From Harriotta raleighana (taxonomy: Eukaryota), in the NCBI GenBank assembly GCA_050575255.1, contig JBNZDD010013689.1:2391030-2455029 (forward strand): 64,000 nt of DNA. The letters are read 5' to 3'. The notes beneath the pieces were generated by a model. That model was given only the letters and a program-made list of their open reading frames with translations. It had not been told where the DNA came from and ran no database searches. The position numbers were made by a program, and so were the translations under genes. Numbering within the stretch: the first letter of the stretch is position 1; every line of letters begins with the position of its first letter. This document shows, piece by piece, positions 50,563-64,000 of the stretch.

Positions 50563-50982
50563 TTTGTGCAGGATTTTGCAAATTGATATCTGTGGCTTTT
50601 TCACTGTGAATTACGTCCCTGAACTATAGATTGCTCTTTCATAGAAGAGCTCCTCAGCTGTAACATCCTGAAAGAGACTTCCACCCAGCACTGAAGGCAG
50701 GAACGAGGAGGAAACATAATTCATCACTTTATGTACACAAGCTATTGTAAAGAAACCACATTACAGGAAGCAACCTCAAGGCATTGCAATGGTAACAAGC
50801 TGTGGCCGAGGAGTGCAGGGGCACGAGCCTGCTGTAATAATTCCCCTATTTAACTTCAATCAGAGATGCAGCTGGTGAGCAGGGACCAGGCAATTTCCCA
50901 CATGGAGTGGTAGAAAACCAGAGTGCGAATCCCACAATGCCAATCTCATTTGTCTCATGAAGGCTATCCCAAAAATACCATT

Positions 50983-51309
50983 GTGCTCCCGTGGCTTAGT
51001 GGTTGGAGCACTCGCCTTACAACCATGAGACCTGTGTTCGAATCCCGGCAGATCAGGGCGAAACCTTGGGCAAGTTTCCTTACTCCACATGCCTAATAAT
51101 AATCCCTGCAAAAAAACTACAATAATAAAATTGGTCATTTCAATCCACGACTGTTTGAGGGACACTGCTGTGCGCAATTGGCTGCCGCGTTCTGCCTACA
51201 AATATACAGTCAATTCACTTTACAGTATATTCTGTGAAGCGCTTTGGGGCGTCGATAAGATGTGAAAAGCGCTAAATCAAATGCAAGGATTATCATTTTT
51301 ATTATTATT
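50983..51309 (+). mobile_element. Full-length tRNA-derived SINE with intact Pol III boxes
   Basis: A box TGGCTTAGTGG at 50992-51002, B box GTTCGAATCC at 51036-51045, Deu-like core, L2-like tail and (ATT)n end. Confidence 0.92.
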
Positions 51310-52304
51310 CAGCAACACGGAAACAGGTAATCTGCCTCATCGTCTTGGCATGCGGCCAGAAACCACAATGGGAATAGACCAGAAGTGAGTTGTGGGTGAA
51401 AAGCAAGAGTGTAGTAAAAGAGAACTCAAACATTGTGTTTGGCTGGTAAACCAGGAACAGGCTTGGGTACCATGAGCTTTGTGCATCTCGTCTTATGTCT
51501 TTTCAAATGAGAGGCAGATGTGGTATCACTGAACCCCACACCATGATTCATCATGAACACATGGAATGTAAATACTAACTCAGTTTCCCCTCCCACAAAA
51601 ACAAACACAATTCTAACGCAAAATTGACCCAGAGTTCAAAATATCCACTAGGCCGAGTTATAAAAAACATTTTAGCCAACAATGAGCTTGGCAATCGACA
51701 ATGTGTCAGCCACTTGTTCCTGCTTCCAATCACTATCCAGTGAGCCCAGATGAAAAGTGTGCAAGTGTGTAAAAAAAAAAGCTTGGCCGTGAAACTGAGT
51801 TGGTTTAATTGCCTCCTGACAGATGCTGGGGAGGTTTTGGGGGAGAGAATTGGGAAAACAATTACCACTGATGGAGACATATTGAGGAACTCCCCGAGGC
51901 TTTGAGCAGACAAGACTACATTTCAGTCAATAATCTATCATCGGGTCGGCTGTTTGGAATGACACAGGCATCCCCTGTCTCTATTCTGGGCATCTCCCAA
52001 CAGTTTTTGAAATGGGCAGAAGAACGGTACCAGCACCCACGAAGAAGCACAGTTCTGATCTGAACCCTGAGAGGAAGTCAGCACAAGAACTTTAGGTAAG
52101 TAGTTTCATCTTTCTTGGCTTCGGTTCAAGATGATATCGGCTGTAAAGATTTACGAGATTTTAAAATTACCGCAAAACTCGAGAGCGTTTTGGGAAACCG
52201 GTAAATCTCTCCTTTCCCTCCCTCTCCCCTCCCTTCACTATCAAATATTCTGCTACTGATGGACAATAGGCCAACTCTTAAAAACACCATCTTTTGGTAA
52301 ACAG

Positions 52305-52526
52305 ATAATGTACAGTCAATTTTCCTACTCTGCTTCCTCCTACCCCAACACCACCCTATGGTCTCTACCTCTTTCCCCCCCCTTTCTTCTCTCTTTTCTT
52401 CTCCCTATCCTGATCCCTCCCTCCCTGCTCTGGTCCCTACCTTAGGATATTGTTGTATTCTGTGTAGAGCTTTGAGACATCGATAAGATGTGGAAAGCGC
52501 TATATAAATGCAAGAAGTATTATTAA
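52305..52526 (+). mobile_element. SINE 3' part with pyrimidine linker (variant like the 4.7-kb copy)
   Basis: tacagtcaattttcctact ... ctgctctggtccctac ... gctttgagacatcgataagatgtggaaagcgctatataaatgcaag. Confidence 0.7.
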
Positions 52527-52587
52527 CTATACTAGTCTTTGAGAGGAGAGTCATTCACAAATTCATAACTTTTTTTAAACATTGTAG

Positions 52588-52765
52588 TTGGCAGCTCAGT
52601 TTGTAGCACTTTCACCTCTGAGTCAGAAGATTTGGGGTTCAGGTCCCATGTCAGGACTTTTAACAGTTTAAACTAACACTCCAATACAGTACTGGGTGTG
52701 ATGCCACCCTTCAGATGAGAGCCTAAACTGAGGCAATTTCTGCTTATGTAGGTGGATATGAAAAC
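52588..52765 (+). mobile_element. Old Deu-type SINE, 5' half
   Basis: gctcagtttgtagcactttcacctctgagtcagaagatttggggttcaggtccc head. Confidence 0.65.
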
Positions 52766-53227
52766 AAAGAATTTTATAGCGGTGCGTGAATTGTGTGCCA
52801 GATAGGCTGGTTTACTAAAAAGGGAACCATTAAAACAAATTGTATTTGATTGCTGTGTTTTCAGCGAGGCACAATGTGAAGAGAGAGAAAAAAAAACATA
52901 ATTGCTGTACAAGATTGCAAGTTCTGAATTGGTTATATTAGAGAAAAGTATTTTTGTTATATTAACAGTTCAGTCTTAGGGTGACGTGTGAAAAATAAGC
53001 AGTGCTTAAAGAGCAATGGGAAGAACTGAGAGCAAATCAACAAAGCTCTCAACCACAGTCTCTCCTTCAATACCGTGAAAAAGGAGAGATTCAAAGGCAG
53101 TTCCCACTGCCAAAAGCAAAGCACAATATTTTCTCTGTTCCCATTACTAAAATAACACTACAGTATCTTCCAGGGTTTGTTTTCTTCCTTGGTTGTCCAT
53201 TTTCTTGGGAAAGAAATGTAAAACAAA

Positions 53228-53498
53228 ATGATGAGACATTAAACCAAGGTCCCCACTGTTTGTTCAGGTGGACGTTAAAGATCCGATGGAGATTTGAAGG
53301 GAGATTCCCTGATCAACAATCTCCAAAATGAAAAAATGCAGTCATTCATTTCATGACTGTTTGTGAGACGTTGTTGTGTTCAAATTGGCTGCCGCATTCA
53401 CCAACAAATAGTCCAGTTCACAGCAAATCCCATGAAGCGCTTTGGGACATTCTCCTAACCTGAAAGGCATTATACCAACTGCAAGGATTATTATTATA
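53228..53498 (+). mobile_element. Old Deu-type SINE, 3' two-thirds
   Basis: gatgagacattaaaccaaggtcccc ... ttcaggtggacgttaaagatcc ... aaattggctgccgcattc ... gcgctttgggac ... gcaaggattattatta. Confidence 0.75.
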
Positions 53499-53514
53499 AG
53501 GTGGTCCAAAGACT

Positions 53515-53765
53515 TATGAAGGTTATGAAGATGGTAGAGCCATATGAGCTACAATGGCTTTGAGTGATCGGCCATTGACAGTACGCAGCAACGTGACCCA
53601 GGGTAGCCTTCAGTAGCCTTTACCATCCAGATGATACCTTACTCTACCTCCAAAACATCATCCTGCACATGGAATGAATTCGCAATCCACATTGGGATGT
53701 CAACATTTTCGCTTTGTGGAGGAAAATGCTTTCCCACACACTTAACCCTCTCACTCTCTTTTCTT
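53515..53765 (-). mobile_element. Decayed CR1-like 3' end
   Basis: gaattcgcaatccacatt ... cgctttgtggaggaaaatgctttcccacac resembles a reversed CR1 end. Confidence 0.35.
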
Positions 53766-56571
53766 AAGTGCTCTGGATGCTATGCCGCATGAGGGTGCGA
53801 TATAGATGCAATTTGTTGATGTGCTTCTATATCTCTGAATCTGGAATTAAATATTTCATGAATGCACAGCAGCATTCTGTTGTTCCCCCCAGGAGTCATT
53901 CAGCGCGTACAACATAAAGGATAGCAGAGCAACTCTGTACCCTCCCACTTTCAGTTGAACTTTGCATGGATTTTAAAACAAAGTCTCTCTCACTGTCTCT
54001 TCGTCTCACAAGTTATGAAGATATGATCCCAAAAGGATATCACATTTCACAGGTTGCTTCATTATTATGAATACAGCCTTTCATCGCAAATTATTAATGG
54101 ATTATTAACCGTAACCAGCATATCCTGCCCAAAGTACATTGACCTCAGGTGGTCTGTGCAAATAGTACTGCTCTTTGTAACTTGAAGAATGCAAAGGCTA
54201 AAGCAAATTCCCCCCTCTCCTCCACCCCCAACCACATGTTCTCTCATTCGTGCCTGAAAGATACAAATCAATGTTGAGCCCGATCTTGTTCTCAACAGCA
54301 TTGACAGCCAAGCATCATTTGGAAAACCATCAAGAACAGAAGCCAGACAGTTTCTCTCTACCCCCCGCCAAGCCCAGGGACACTGGCTCAAACTATAGCA
54401 TATCCAGTACTGTCCTGGCCGAAGATAGCGATCAAACAAGGGAGCTTCCTGTTCTGTATCACTCAGCAACACACCATAGAGCAACTGCAGGAGCTAGGGT
54501 TTAAGGAAATGAGGGAGGGGAATTCTTTGCCCTATCTTTGACAAATGGAAGCCTCAGAGTTCAAAAGAGATAAAATAAACCTTTTAATTGCTTCACATTC
54601 AGACATTGTCCCTAGATTATTATAAATCCAATATTGGCAGGGCAGGAACAAGTAACTCCAAAAGTCCAGTTGAATACTGAGTTTGTATGGACAAGGAGAC
54701 ACATAAAAAAGTAAATACAGTAAAAATGGGGAGGGTTAAACTTCGAGAGCCTGTGAAGACTACATTCAAATGATGCACTGAATCCCTGTAGCTGGGAAAG
54801 TTACTCAAGCACCGAGCAGCTGCAGGATGGTTGCCAAGCCCAGCACTGTAAACACTGTAGAGTTTTGCAGATTCTTTACTCTGTTAGAGACAGACAGTCA
54901 CGATCTCCACAAATAAAGAACGCAGAGCCAACTTCCAAACTTGGATCTCCATTACAGAGTTCTGCACATGCTCTGCAAATAGATTCTTGGACATCCACAG
55001 CAAATGGCGTGGAAATGTTCCAAAATTCCTTCAAGGGTCTGAGCCAAGGGCAGGCAAAACGTTAAAGCAATTGGTTCACTATTCATCCACTTCACTATTT
55101 TTATTTCATTCGAAAAGGAGCCACACAGAGCACCAAACAACATCTGCCTAATGCACCTTTCAATCTAATGATAATCACAAAATGGCTTTAAAATAAAACT
55201 ACAATCCACCCTGGGGACTTTAATCATCGTTCAGCTTTAAATCCAAAGGACAGAAGCAAGCATCCCATTTCTGCCTGTTTCCATCCATTTCGGTCCTTGC
55301 TCTCAAGTCTTTGTTTCTCTCTACCATGTCAGAATTTTGCTTGAATTCACGTTAAGCCACATTGAGCAGTCGAACTTTGAAAACAAAAGCAAATTTCTAC
55401 TTTTTCCAAAAAGATTATCAAGTTTGAAACAAAAGTTGTTTTACACAACACAACAATTGTCATTCCTGGTTTGCGGATTGGTAATAACCAAACTATAAAC
55501 TGCGTTGTCATTTTGATGATACGCTGGCAATGGGAAAGAACCTCTCGTTATAATGTGTTTTGTGGTTTACTAACTGGAGTGAACATCTTGACATATTTCT
55601 GAACTTTAAAATCCAAACTTCCAACATAACATGATCAAAATGTTTCCCTCCCTCCCTCCACACCCCGCACCCCCTTCGCCTATCTCTCCCAGTCTGAACT
55701 GTCCTTGAAATCACACTGCTGTGTTTCACAAAGAGTTTGAAGCACAGTGTTGCATTTTCTGGCTTGATGGGTGCTGATGGAGTTGGCCAGCATGTGTACA
55801 GCAAGGCACCAGCCATGTGGTTGGTGCTCTCAACCGACAGGAAGGCTGACTGGCGACTGCTCCCAATTGTGTCCTATTATTAAGTGGGTTGGAATTTTGT
55901 GGAGCCCAAAGTATTACGTATTGATTGGGTTCTACTATAATCATAAAACCACCTATCAACCACGTTGGAAAAAATGGTTGATTTATACGTTGGGACACAA
56001 AGCTAAACAGATGATAATCACGAAAGCGCTCTGAGATGCTACCTTGGGTAGAGGATGCAATATAAGTGCAGGTTATTGTTGGAATTCTCAGCAAGGCTGC
56101 ACAGAATAACCAGGACAAAGAGGGAAATTTTCGGGCCGGCCTCTTCCTACGAAACAATGCATTTATTCATCAAAAAAGCATAAGAGGTGAAGTTAATATT
56201 AATGAAATTATCGTATCCATTACTCACTTTGTGAATCTTAAAACTAATTATCTTGACCCAGATGATAATCATTTTACAGGAAGAACGGCATCACTTTACC
56301 ACAGCTCAAGCAGTAAACAAAACTGAAGCACATTGCCAGCACTCCCAAATACAATGTAATGCTGCCACCTATGCTTCCAGTTGCAATACAGCGCTGACAC
56401 TCATTCAAAAAGGACACCATAAAATAAAACCCCATTCATGAAACACCTATATGTATTAATATCCTAAATAAGAAACTGAGCTAAGTTTGCAGTCTTGAAT
56501 TCACGTCAGAGTTTTGGTAAATTCTATAACTTCCATCGAACCATAGTAAAGGAGAAGATGATTCAGAATAT

Positions 56572-56718
56572 CTTTTTGTGGGACTCTGCTGGGCGTAAAT
56601 TGTTTGCCCATTTGTTGACAAACGCACAGCACCGGATTTCACAGTATAAGTTCTGTGAAGCGCTTTGAGATGTCTCGATAAATGTGATAAGACGCTACAT
56701 CAAATTCAAGGATTATAT
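56572..56718 (+). mobile_element. SINE 3' half
   Basis: ttgtgggactctgctgggcgtaaattg ... ctgtgaagcgctttgagatgtctcgata ... caaggattat. Confidence 0.75.
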
Positions 56719-59159
56719 TGTATTTCCAGCTCATCAAAGTGAAAATGGTGCTTGTGCATCCACTTGAACCAATTCCTTAATCTTTTCTCGTGCTCTTTTA
56801 AATTGTCACACTTCAAAAGTGTATCAAATTCCCTTTTAAATGCTGTACAATCTCAGTATCAAATAGCCACTTGAGGCAATGCATTGAACATGATGTGTGC
56901 ATACTTTTTTTAAAAAAACGTTTATTGGCATCTTCAAAGTTCATAGATGGACAAGTCATACAGTTACATGGATTTTACATTGGAATTCACATGGTAGTCA
57001 AATTGCAGTCAGTTATGTAGAGACAGGTACACGTTGGGTCGTTAGAAATTCTGGGTACTTTCTGGTTGCCAAAAGCAACTCAGTGTAGATGATGGGCAGT
57101 ACACACAGTGTCATTGATCCATGGAGAGAGTCAATGCAAGTCTGGCCATAGTTGTACCACTGACCAGCATTGTATTGCAATTCACACATCACCTCAGTCG
57201 CTTACCACAAATACAAACTATTATCATCACAGGACCACTCATTCAATCTTATGTCCTGAGCAGCTTTACTAGCCTGCCACAGTATAACACCGGCACAGTA
57301 CAGCCTTAAAATGTTATTAATAAAGAACAAATGTCTATCAATAAGTTTAAGGCAGTAATTTAATCTCAGTTTTTGCTGATGTTCATTAACCACTCGACCC
57401 GCACTCTCACAGTTTGGGCCATTGTCAGAACCTCGCTTATTGCCTTGTAACTCACTGCCTGTCACCTAACATGCTGCACGCATATGGTCTGTATTAGTTA
57501 AATCTAAGATTATTCTATGAAAAAATCTATGTTGAGTTGATGTCTGTGTGTGCCCATGTGTGAAAGTCAGCATTCTTTTTAAAAAAATCAGATCAGATAT
57601 CAAAACGATCATTCACATAGGCACTGTGACTTGATGAATAAGCACAGGTTTGTGTTCTGCTGAGTGCAGGGGTAATGCGACACTGTGGTCTGAGCCCCAG
57701 AACAGTTACAGCCAATGCACATTTCAACACAGATTTGGAAGGTCTTAAGTCAGTACGTGTCTTCATCAAAACCAGTATAAAACGTGCCAGAGACTTGCTG
57801 ACAAGCCTTGAATTGCTTGAGATCCACTTTCAGCAGTTTAGTGTTAATATTGTAGCAGGCTAGCTTCAGTGAAGCACTAAAGCTTGGTTTGAAGCCTCTT
57901 AAGCATGGTGATGGGTTTCCATCCGGCTGACAAAAAAAGACGCAATATTAATGCAATATTCTGATACAGTTTAAACTACTGTATATATTTTTAAAGTCTT
58001 TTTTTTAAAGAAATCAGACTTGTTTGTTGCTTTGTTTGTAATTTAATTTCCATGTGGTTATTACTGCTCAGGTTACTGACAAATTTAATAACTTTCACAG
58101 AGCTTTCTATACCTAGAGCTTCACACTGCTGAACACTTTCTCTCATTACTGTGTCCACTGTGCTACTCAGCTACGCTGTAAGAACGGTTACAATTTTGAT
58201 TTTAAATGATTATTGCCTAATGAATCGGTATATTAAACCAATTCCTTCCAGTCTATTGAAGCAGCTGGGCTTGCTTGGACTGGTAAATTATTTTACTGCA
58301 CTATCAAAACAAAAGTTCAGCCACAGCTTTTAGGAGAAGATTTCTCGGAGGTATCAGAACGTAAACACCAGCAAGCAGTCCCCAGAGCACAAACAGGTCC
58401 CAACAAGCAAGCAAATTAAGAAAATGGTATATAGGGACACATTATCCCCCAAATATAAGCTCATACACAGCAATACTTCATCCAAATAGTAATATTAGCT
58501 ACTAGTGATATTACAAAAGTATACGATTGTAGCTAGCAATACATTATCTAGACAATATTCTAGTTACCAGCAATCTATCTGAGAGGTTCTGATCTTATAG
58601 CTAACAGCACATATTACATCAATAAGGTCAGGCCCAGGAGCACCCAATATTCACAAGATCTTCATTCAGTTATGATTGTAAGGCATTAAATATAGTTACT
58701 CCACCATTGATTATTGAGATTTACCATACAAGAGCACCATTTATATAGATTCTCACAGATTACTACGATCTGAACACAGCTCATTAAAAAGGGTGAGTGT
58801 GCATATTTCACACGATGAAAGCTAAAATTTGTGCAAATGAGTGACACATAAAGGCGCCCAGAAAAATTATGGGAGAGCAGGTAAGCCAGTGGCAAATTTA
58901 CAACATAAGTTATCAATTTATTACAACACCCATCAATTCTGAAAATTGGGCAGGTTTCTTTACTTTGAAGCATCATCTGTTATTAATTTCAAGGTCAGTG
59001 GGCTGAGGATGAGTTTTTAGCATGGTAACGACTAGGGAAGTCAGGTCAAGATGAATCTCTCACAGCAAAGCTTTGAAGGTTTAAAAAAAACGATCTAAAG
59101 CTTTTCTCTAAAACGGTGCGTTTTAGTGCTCTTTAAGGCATCTTAACATAACTAACCCA

Positions 59160-59595
59160 TCCCTCCAATAGACTGTGACCAGTCATGGGCGCACACACAC
59201 ACACACACACCTTACTTTCTCTGAATGGTAACAGGGAAAAATCAGCAAAATAAAACACAATGTCACAACTCACATCAGTTTACATCATGTGCAGCTTCTA
59301 AAGTCACAAGACATAATTTTTGTAACTTATCTTGGAGCTGTAGTACCTATCAACACTTAACAATACTTAATATNTCCCTCCAATAGACTGTGACCAGTCA
59401 TGGGCACACACACACACACACACACCTTACTTTCTCTGAATGGTAACAGGGAAAAATCAGCAAAATAAAACACAATGTCACAACTCACATCAGTTTACAT
59501 CATGTGCAGCTTCTAAAGTCACAAGACATAATTTTTGTAACTTATCTTGGAGCTGTAGTACCTATCAACACTTAACAATACTACTGACTTAATAT
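59160..59595. repeat. About 215-bp direct duplication around a single N, containing a (CA)n tract (probable assembly artefact)
   Basis: 59160-59373 is repeated at 59375-59595 with N at 59374. The copies differ by a 7-nt indel and one substitution at the start of the CA tract. Confidence 0.9.
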
Positions 59596-59702
59596 AGTGG
59601 AGGAATCAGGTCACATTTACACAGGCAACTGGAATGCTGCCCTCTGACAATAACAACAAAAACTAGTTGTATTTATACAGTACCCTTCACACCGGATGGT
59701 GA

Positions 59703-59958
59703 ATCGGAACACTTACAGGGCGTCCAAGACAGTATCTGTCTCTAGGGGCAGAATGGTCTAAAATGTGACAGATCTACTTTTGATAGGGGTGGTGGGACAG
59801 TGGGGAAGAGGAAGAGGGGCTGGAANATCGGAACACTTACAGGGCGTCCAAGACAGTATCTGTCTCTAGGGGCAGAATGGTCTAAAATGTGACAGATCTA
59901 CTTTTGATAGGGGTGGTGGGACAGTGGGGAAGAGGAAGAGGGGCTATGTATTCTGGAA
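59703..59958. repeat. About 125-bp direct duplication around a single N (probable assembly artefact)
   Basis: 59703-59825 is repeated at 59827-59958 with N at 59826. The copies differ by a short indel (ggctggaa versus ggctatgtattctggaa). Confidence 0.9.
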
Positions 59959-60732
59959 AAAACAGCTCCCATGAACCAGCTCCCATAACAAACATTGAGG
60001 GCTCGATCACCCACAGGCATCGTGTCCAAGAATCATCCAGTGAGATTCTTATTGCACACTGAAGTCTCCAAACCCACTGAAAAGGGGAAGCTGGAGTCCA
60101 TCTTCTTGGAGAGTATTTTCCAACTCTAACTCCCTCCACCACTCCCATTTCAACAGAAACAATTTTAAAATCACAACCTTGACTTTCAGAACAGTATCAC
60201 TTTACTCCCATTGAACTCAACTTTTAAATGTGCGCTAAGTTTGCGAACAGTGAGTTCCAGTCTTCCATCCAAAACAATACACATGTTGAAGTGCGTCAAT
60301 TCTTGCTAACTTTAAAAATGATTTGATTTCTAAGGTGATTTGATCTTGCACACGAGGCAGAGGGAGAGACCATGAGAAGTTCACAATCTATAATTTGTAC
60401 ACAAATGGTGTACAGGATCACTGAGGTTAATCCACCTGAATATAATTAGAATATTCAGTAAATATATATCAGTATATCATTAAATCTTGGACCAGTAACT
60501 GAGAACAAAACATCCAGTATTGGCACTCAATAGCACGTTTAATGATGTTGACTTAAAGCCTGGGAGTTGAGCCTAATTTTATATCAAGGCCCAAAGGAAG
60601 CTACTTAAAAGTGAAAACAAAGCCCCAGTATTTGGAGTTGGTCGATGATATGAGTCACTGGATGATGCACAATGCTGGTCAAGAATGGATATTATAGCAT
60701 TCAGCAAAGAAAATAAAAAGTTACTACGTAAT

Positions 60733-61012
60733 ACAAAAATAATAATCCTTGCATTTAAAATAGCACCTTTTCATATCTTTTAGATACCAAAAGCGCTTCA
60801 CAGAATATATAAAGTGAATTGACTGTATATTTTTTGGGTGTAACGTGGCAACGAGGCAGACAATTGGACACAGAAGCATCCCACAAACAATCATGGATTG
60901 AGTGACCAAATTATTATTGTTTTTATTGAGGGATTATTATCAGGCGTATGGAGTAAGAAAACTTGCCCAAGGTTTCGCCCTGCCTGGAATTGAACTGAGT
61001 TCTCTCACTTGT
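60733..61012 (-). mobile_element. tRNA-derived SINE lacking the first part of the head
   Basis: aataatccttgcattt tail through ggagtaagaaaacttgcccaaggtttcgccctgcctggaattgaac. Confidence 0.88.
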
Positions 61013-63134
61013 GACCATTAGGCAGTGATGTAGCCCTTTTATTCCAATCTCAAACATACAGACCAGGGGTCAGAGCCACCCAGGAGCTCATACTCTGTAC
61101 AGAGTGTGTTGTGTGGAGCTGTTGCGATGATCAGACGGTTGCCGACTGTGGGGGACTCAGAGGCAATGAGATATGATGCAAACCCACCAGAGATGTAACA
61201 TGGCAATGTGACGTCTCGTTAATGACTCACTTTAAATGTTTAAACCGAATTCAGCAAATTTGCCAACTTCTAAACTTGATTCTACAGTCAATCCAAGCCC
61301 TTACTTGCTGCTTGCTAGGGAAGTAGAAATGTGTGGAGTAAGGAAACTTGCCCAATGTTTTGCCCTGCCGGGTACTCTCCAAGATCACCTTCCAAAGCCA
61401 AACAAACTCAATGTATCAACGAAAGGTATTTGGGTGTTGGGAGGTCAGAGCAGTTAAGATAATCTGATCTGAAGCCACAACAGATAGAAAGAAAGTGGTG
61501 GCAAAATAGAGGGAGGTTAGAACTGGAGGGTAATTCCAGAGTCATAGGAAATGGAAGGATTGGCAATCAGAGGGCAGGGAACATTGTAGCACATTCAAGA
61601 TAGCTGAGCAGAGGCGGAAGAATTTAATAACTACTCAAGGAATCTGGGAACACTCGAGCACTAAAAGGAAAAAAAGAATCAAGAGCAGTGGAAATCTGAA
61701 GAACATAAAGAGAAAAGTTCGCCTCATGCCTGGAGAAATTATCGAGGGCTCAGCCAAGTATTTCAACGGTTTAAAAATATCCACTGTTAAGTCAGAGTCT
61801 CCATGGTTACCAAGCATATTAACCATCAGGCCCGCAACCAGCTTCTAATATAAAAAGCTGTAACCTTTCCAGATTGAACTCCACCATCACCACTTAGCAT
61901 TGAATAAGACTGTTAGCAAAAACATTTCATAAATTCCTCAGAAATATTCCATTATTGTTCAGCGGCCAACACAATAACAGAGCATTTGTTATTAGTAGTC
62001 AAACTGATGTTTTGTCCTCTCTTTTCTCCCACTGTTAACAATGCTGGTTTCTTTTCTCTCTGCATTATTAAAATGTACGTGACTTCTCGATGCTTGTGCT
62101 GGTTCTGACGGGGTTCCTTATGGTACCTCAACGCAAGTAGGCATTATTTGTATATCAGCCTTGAGAGAGGAATCAGTAGATTATTGAACCACAAGGAACA
62201 TTGTGTTGGAGCCCGAACCAGTCCATATCTTATAATCCATTTCCACTTTCCAGTAGGAGGAAGAACTCTGGATGCCGTTTCCTCCTGGGCAATTAGTGTC
62301 AATGCAGAGACTCATGAATGGCAACTTGGGCATTGTGCCAGAGAGACTTATGCATTATGTAATCTTGCAAGTCACTGCATTCAGGCAGAGGACAAGTGGT
62401 GGTGAGGGGGGGGGAGGAGGGATGATAAAGAAAATCACACAGCATATTTATTTCCAGTTTAAAATGAGAGTTATGCTATTCTAATGGTTTTGGGGCTTCT
62501 AATATTGCAATGCTACCAATTTGTTGGCAATTATTCAGGAGAGTATGTCTCCTGATACCCCAACAGGTCTGTCTAATCACACCCATCGCCTGGAATTCCA
62601 CCGAACTTGCTGCTTCTCTGTATTTCCCAGGGAGCTCTCAATACAGTGACAGATGCAATAAAACTCAGTATTGAACTATGGCCAGTTTGGAAACAAAACG
62701 ATTCACAATTACTTTAATGCAAAAATAGTTGATTTAAATATTCTCTGTTCTACCGAGGAATGAGGGCTTATTATATCTGAATTGTGTTTTGGGAGTAAAT
62801 GACTCATTTGCTTTAGTGGAGCTTGTCACACAAACTATTGGAATCCACAAAAGACAAGCTTTTTCCTGTAAGTGAATTTGGATATCATCAAGGCAACTAG
62901 ATTGGAAGACACACAGTCAAACAGTTGCAAAAGGAGCTGATTTAATAACAGTGGAGACACATTCATTAATCAGGCAAACTACAGTTTCCAACCTAAAGTT
63001 GTCAAACTCAAATTTGTTTCAAGTCAGGTAAAATCAGGTCATATAAGCCTTAAAAATGATGCCGTTCAAATGAAATGAGGAAACAGGAAGTCAAGTTATT
63101 TGATATTTAATAATAGGTTTTGCAAAGTGCTACA

Positions 63135-63360
63135 AAATCATTAAATTTGTAAGCCTAGTCAGAAGTTCAAGACCTATATCAGGATTTCAAACTCACACAG
63201 CCAAGGATGACACTGCAATACAGCGCTGGGATGGGGCTCAACTATTGAAGATGCTGTTGTTGGATGAGGCATTCAACTGACGTTCCATCTGCCTGAACAT
63301 TTTGATGTTTTACAGTCACTGCATTCTACAGTAAATCCAGTAAAGCACTTTGAGAAGTTA
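63135..63360 (+). mobile_element. Old Deu-type SINE with an internal deletion
   Basis: tagtcagaagttcaag head remnant, ggatgaggcattcaactgacgttccatctgcc core, acagtcactgcattctacagtaaatcc..aaagcactttgaga tail. Confidence 0.5.
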
Positions 63361-64000
63361 TTAAGTGGTTCCACTCACTAGACTTTTAAATACAGGACTG
63401 TGTTGATGAATGGGTTAACCACGCAGATGAAGGTTTTTTTTAAATTGTAAAAGTTATCTTGCAACAAGCTGCAATTAAACAGCACTTAATGCTGCATGGC
63501 ACAGAAACCTCTGATTATAGCTTTGAGCAGCATTTCCTGATACCCAACTCAATATGCCTTGCTGTACCTATTCAGAGTCAGTTTCCACTGAGCACAGACT
63601 TTAGAAAGGCTTTAAATTGGAGCCCCAGTGGCAAGAGGGAACAGGAAGCAGCGACAAAGAGCAAAGGCTCATTTCCAAAAATTGCTCGATAAATTGCTCT
63701 AATTATTTTAATGGCTGTACATAAAGGGTTCATTGACAAGATCTGCTTCCCGCCCCCAAAGTTACTTGCGTTGTATAGAAACCATCAATTGATGGAAGTC
63801 AATAATGCTCAATTTTTGTTGTATTCTCTCATTCCCCCACTCCACCCCTCCCTTTAAAAAGCAAGATAAAGCTCAAATTAAACATTTGATTGGTGCAATT
63901 CAAAATTCATTCTTTAATAGCATTCGCTTTCAGGGACTGAATGACAGGCATTTGAGTGTTAGGATTATTTAAGTTCTCTTGATCACGGCAAGTTTCATAG

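Larger units (their letters stand above)
14692..64000 (-). other. PARD3B: Probable PARD3B intron upstream of exon 3 (exon 2 not seen in window)
   Basis: No sequence encoding the expected exon 2 motif (..LEYxDGGILDxDD..) was noticed. PARD3/PARD3B genes have very long 5' introns. Inference. Confidence 0.65.

Noticed and set aside
51940-52210. CpG-richer patch with a plus-strand donor (TAG|gtaagt)
   Set aside because: No element ends, ORF or family identity could be established by eye. It may be a DNA-transposon remnant.
54065-56157. 139-aa and 143-aa minus-strand ORFs
   Set aside because: No recognisable domain or supported splice structure. The first overlaps decayed SINE sequence.
12236-61012. 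Recurrent motifs as a CRISPR-like or other regular array
   Set aside because: The repeats are dispersed, irregularly spaced, in both orientations and explained by SINE and LINE copies in a vertebrate intron.

Overview
Vertebrate genomic DNA, AT-rich and CpG-depleted. The repeat set (tRNA-headed Deu-type SINEs with L2 tails, young L2 LINEs, decayed CR1) suggests a cartilaginous fish, probably a holocephalan; this is inference. The window appears to lie inside PARD3B on the minus strand. Only one coding exon is recognisable: 14520-14691, 172 nt, ag/GT-bounded, matching PARD3B exon 3. The rest is intron containing SINEs, L2 and CR1 fragments, a Tigger/pogo-like MITE, microsatellites and several non-repetitive blocks that look like conserved non-coding elements. 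Five direct duplications, each centred on a single N (largest about 2.37 kb), are most likely assembly artefacts that placed two alleles side by side. Most ORFs in the supplied track are spurious or L2-derived. I found no convincing novel biological system. The best leads are a possible alternative first exon and internal promoter upstream of exon 3, SINE tail swapping with L2 partners, a tail-to-tail SINE hairpin, a perfect 16-bp inverted repeat and candidate enhancers. Boundaries of decayed repeats are approximate and were read by eye.
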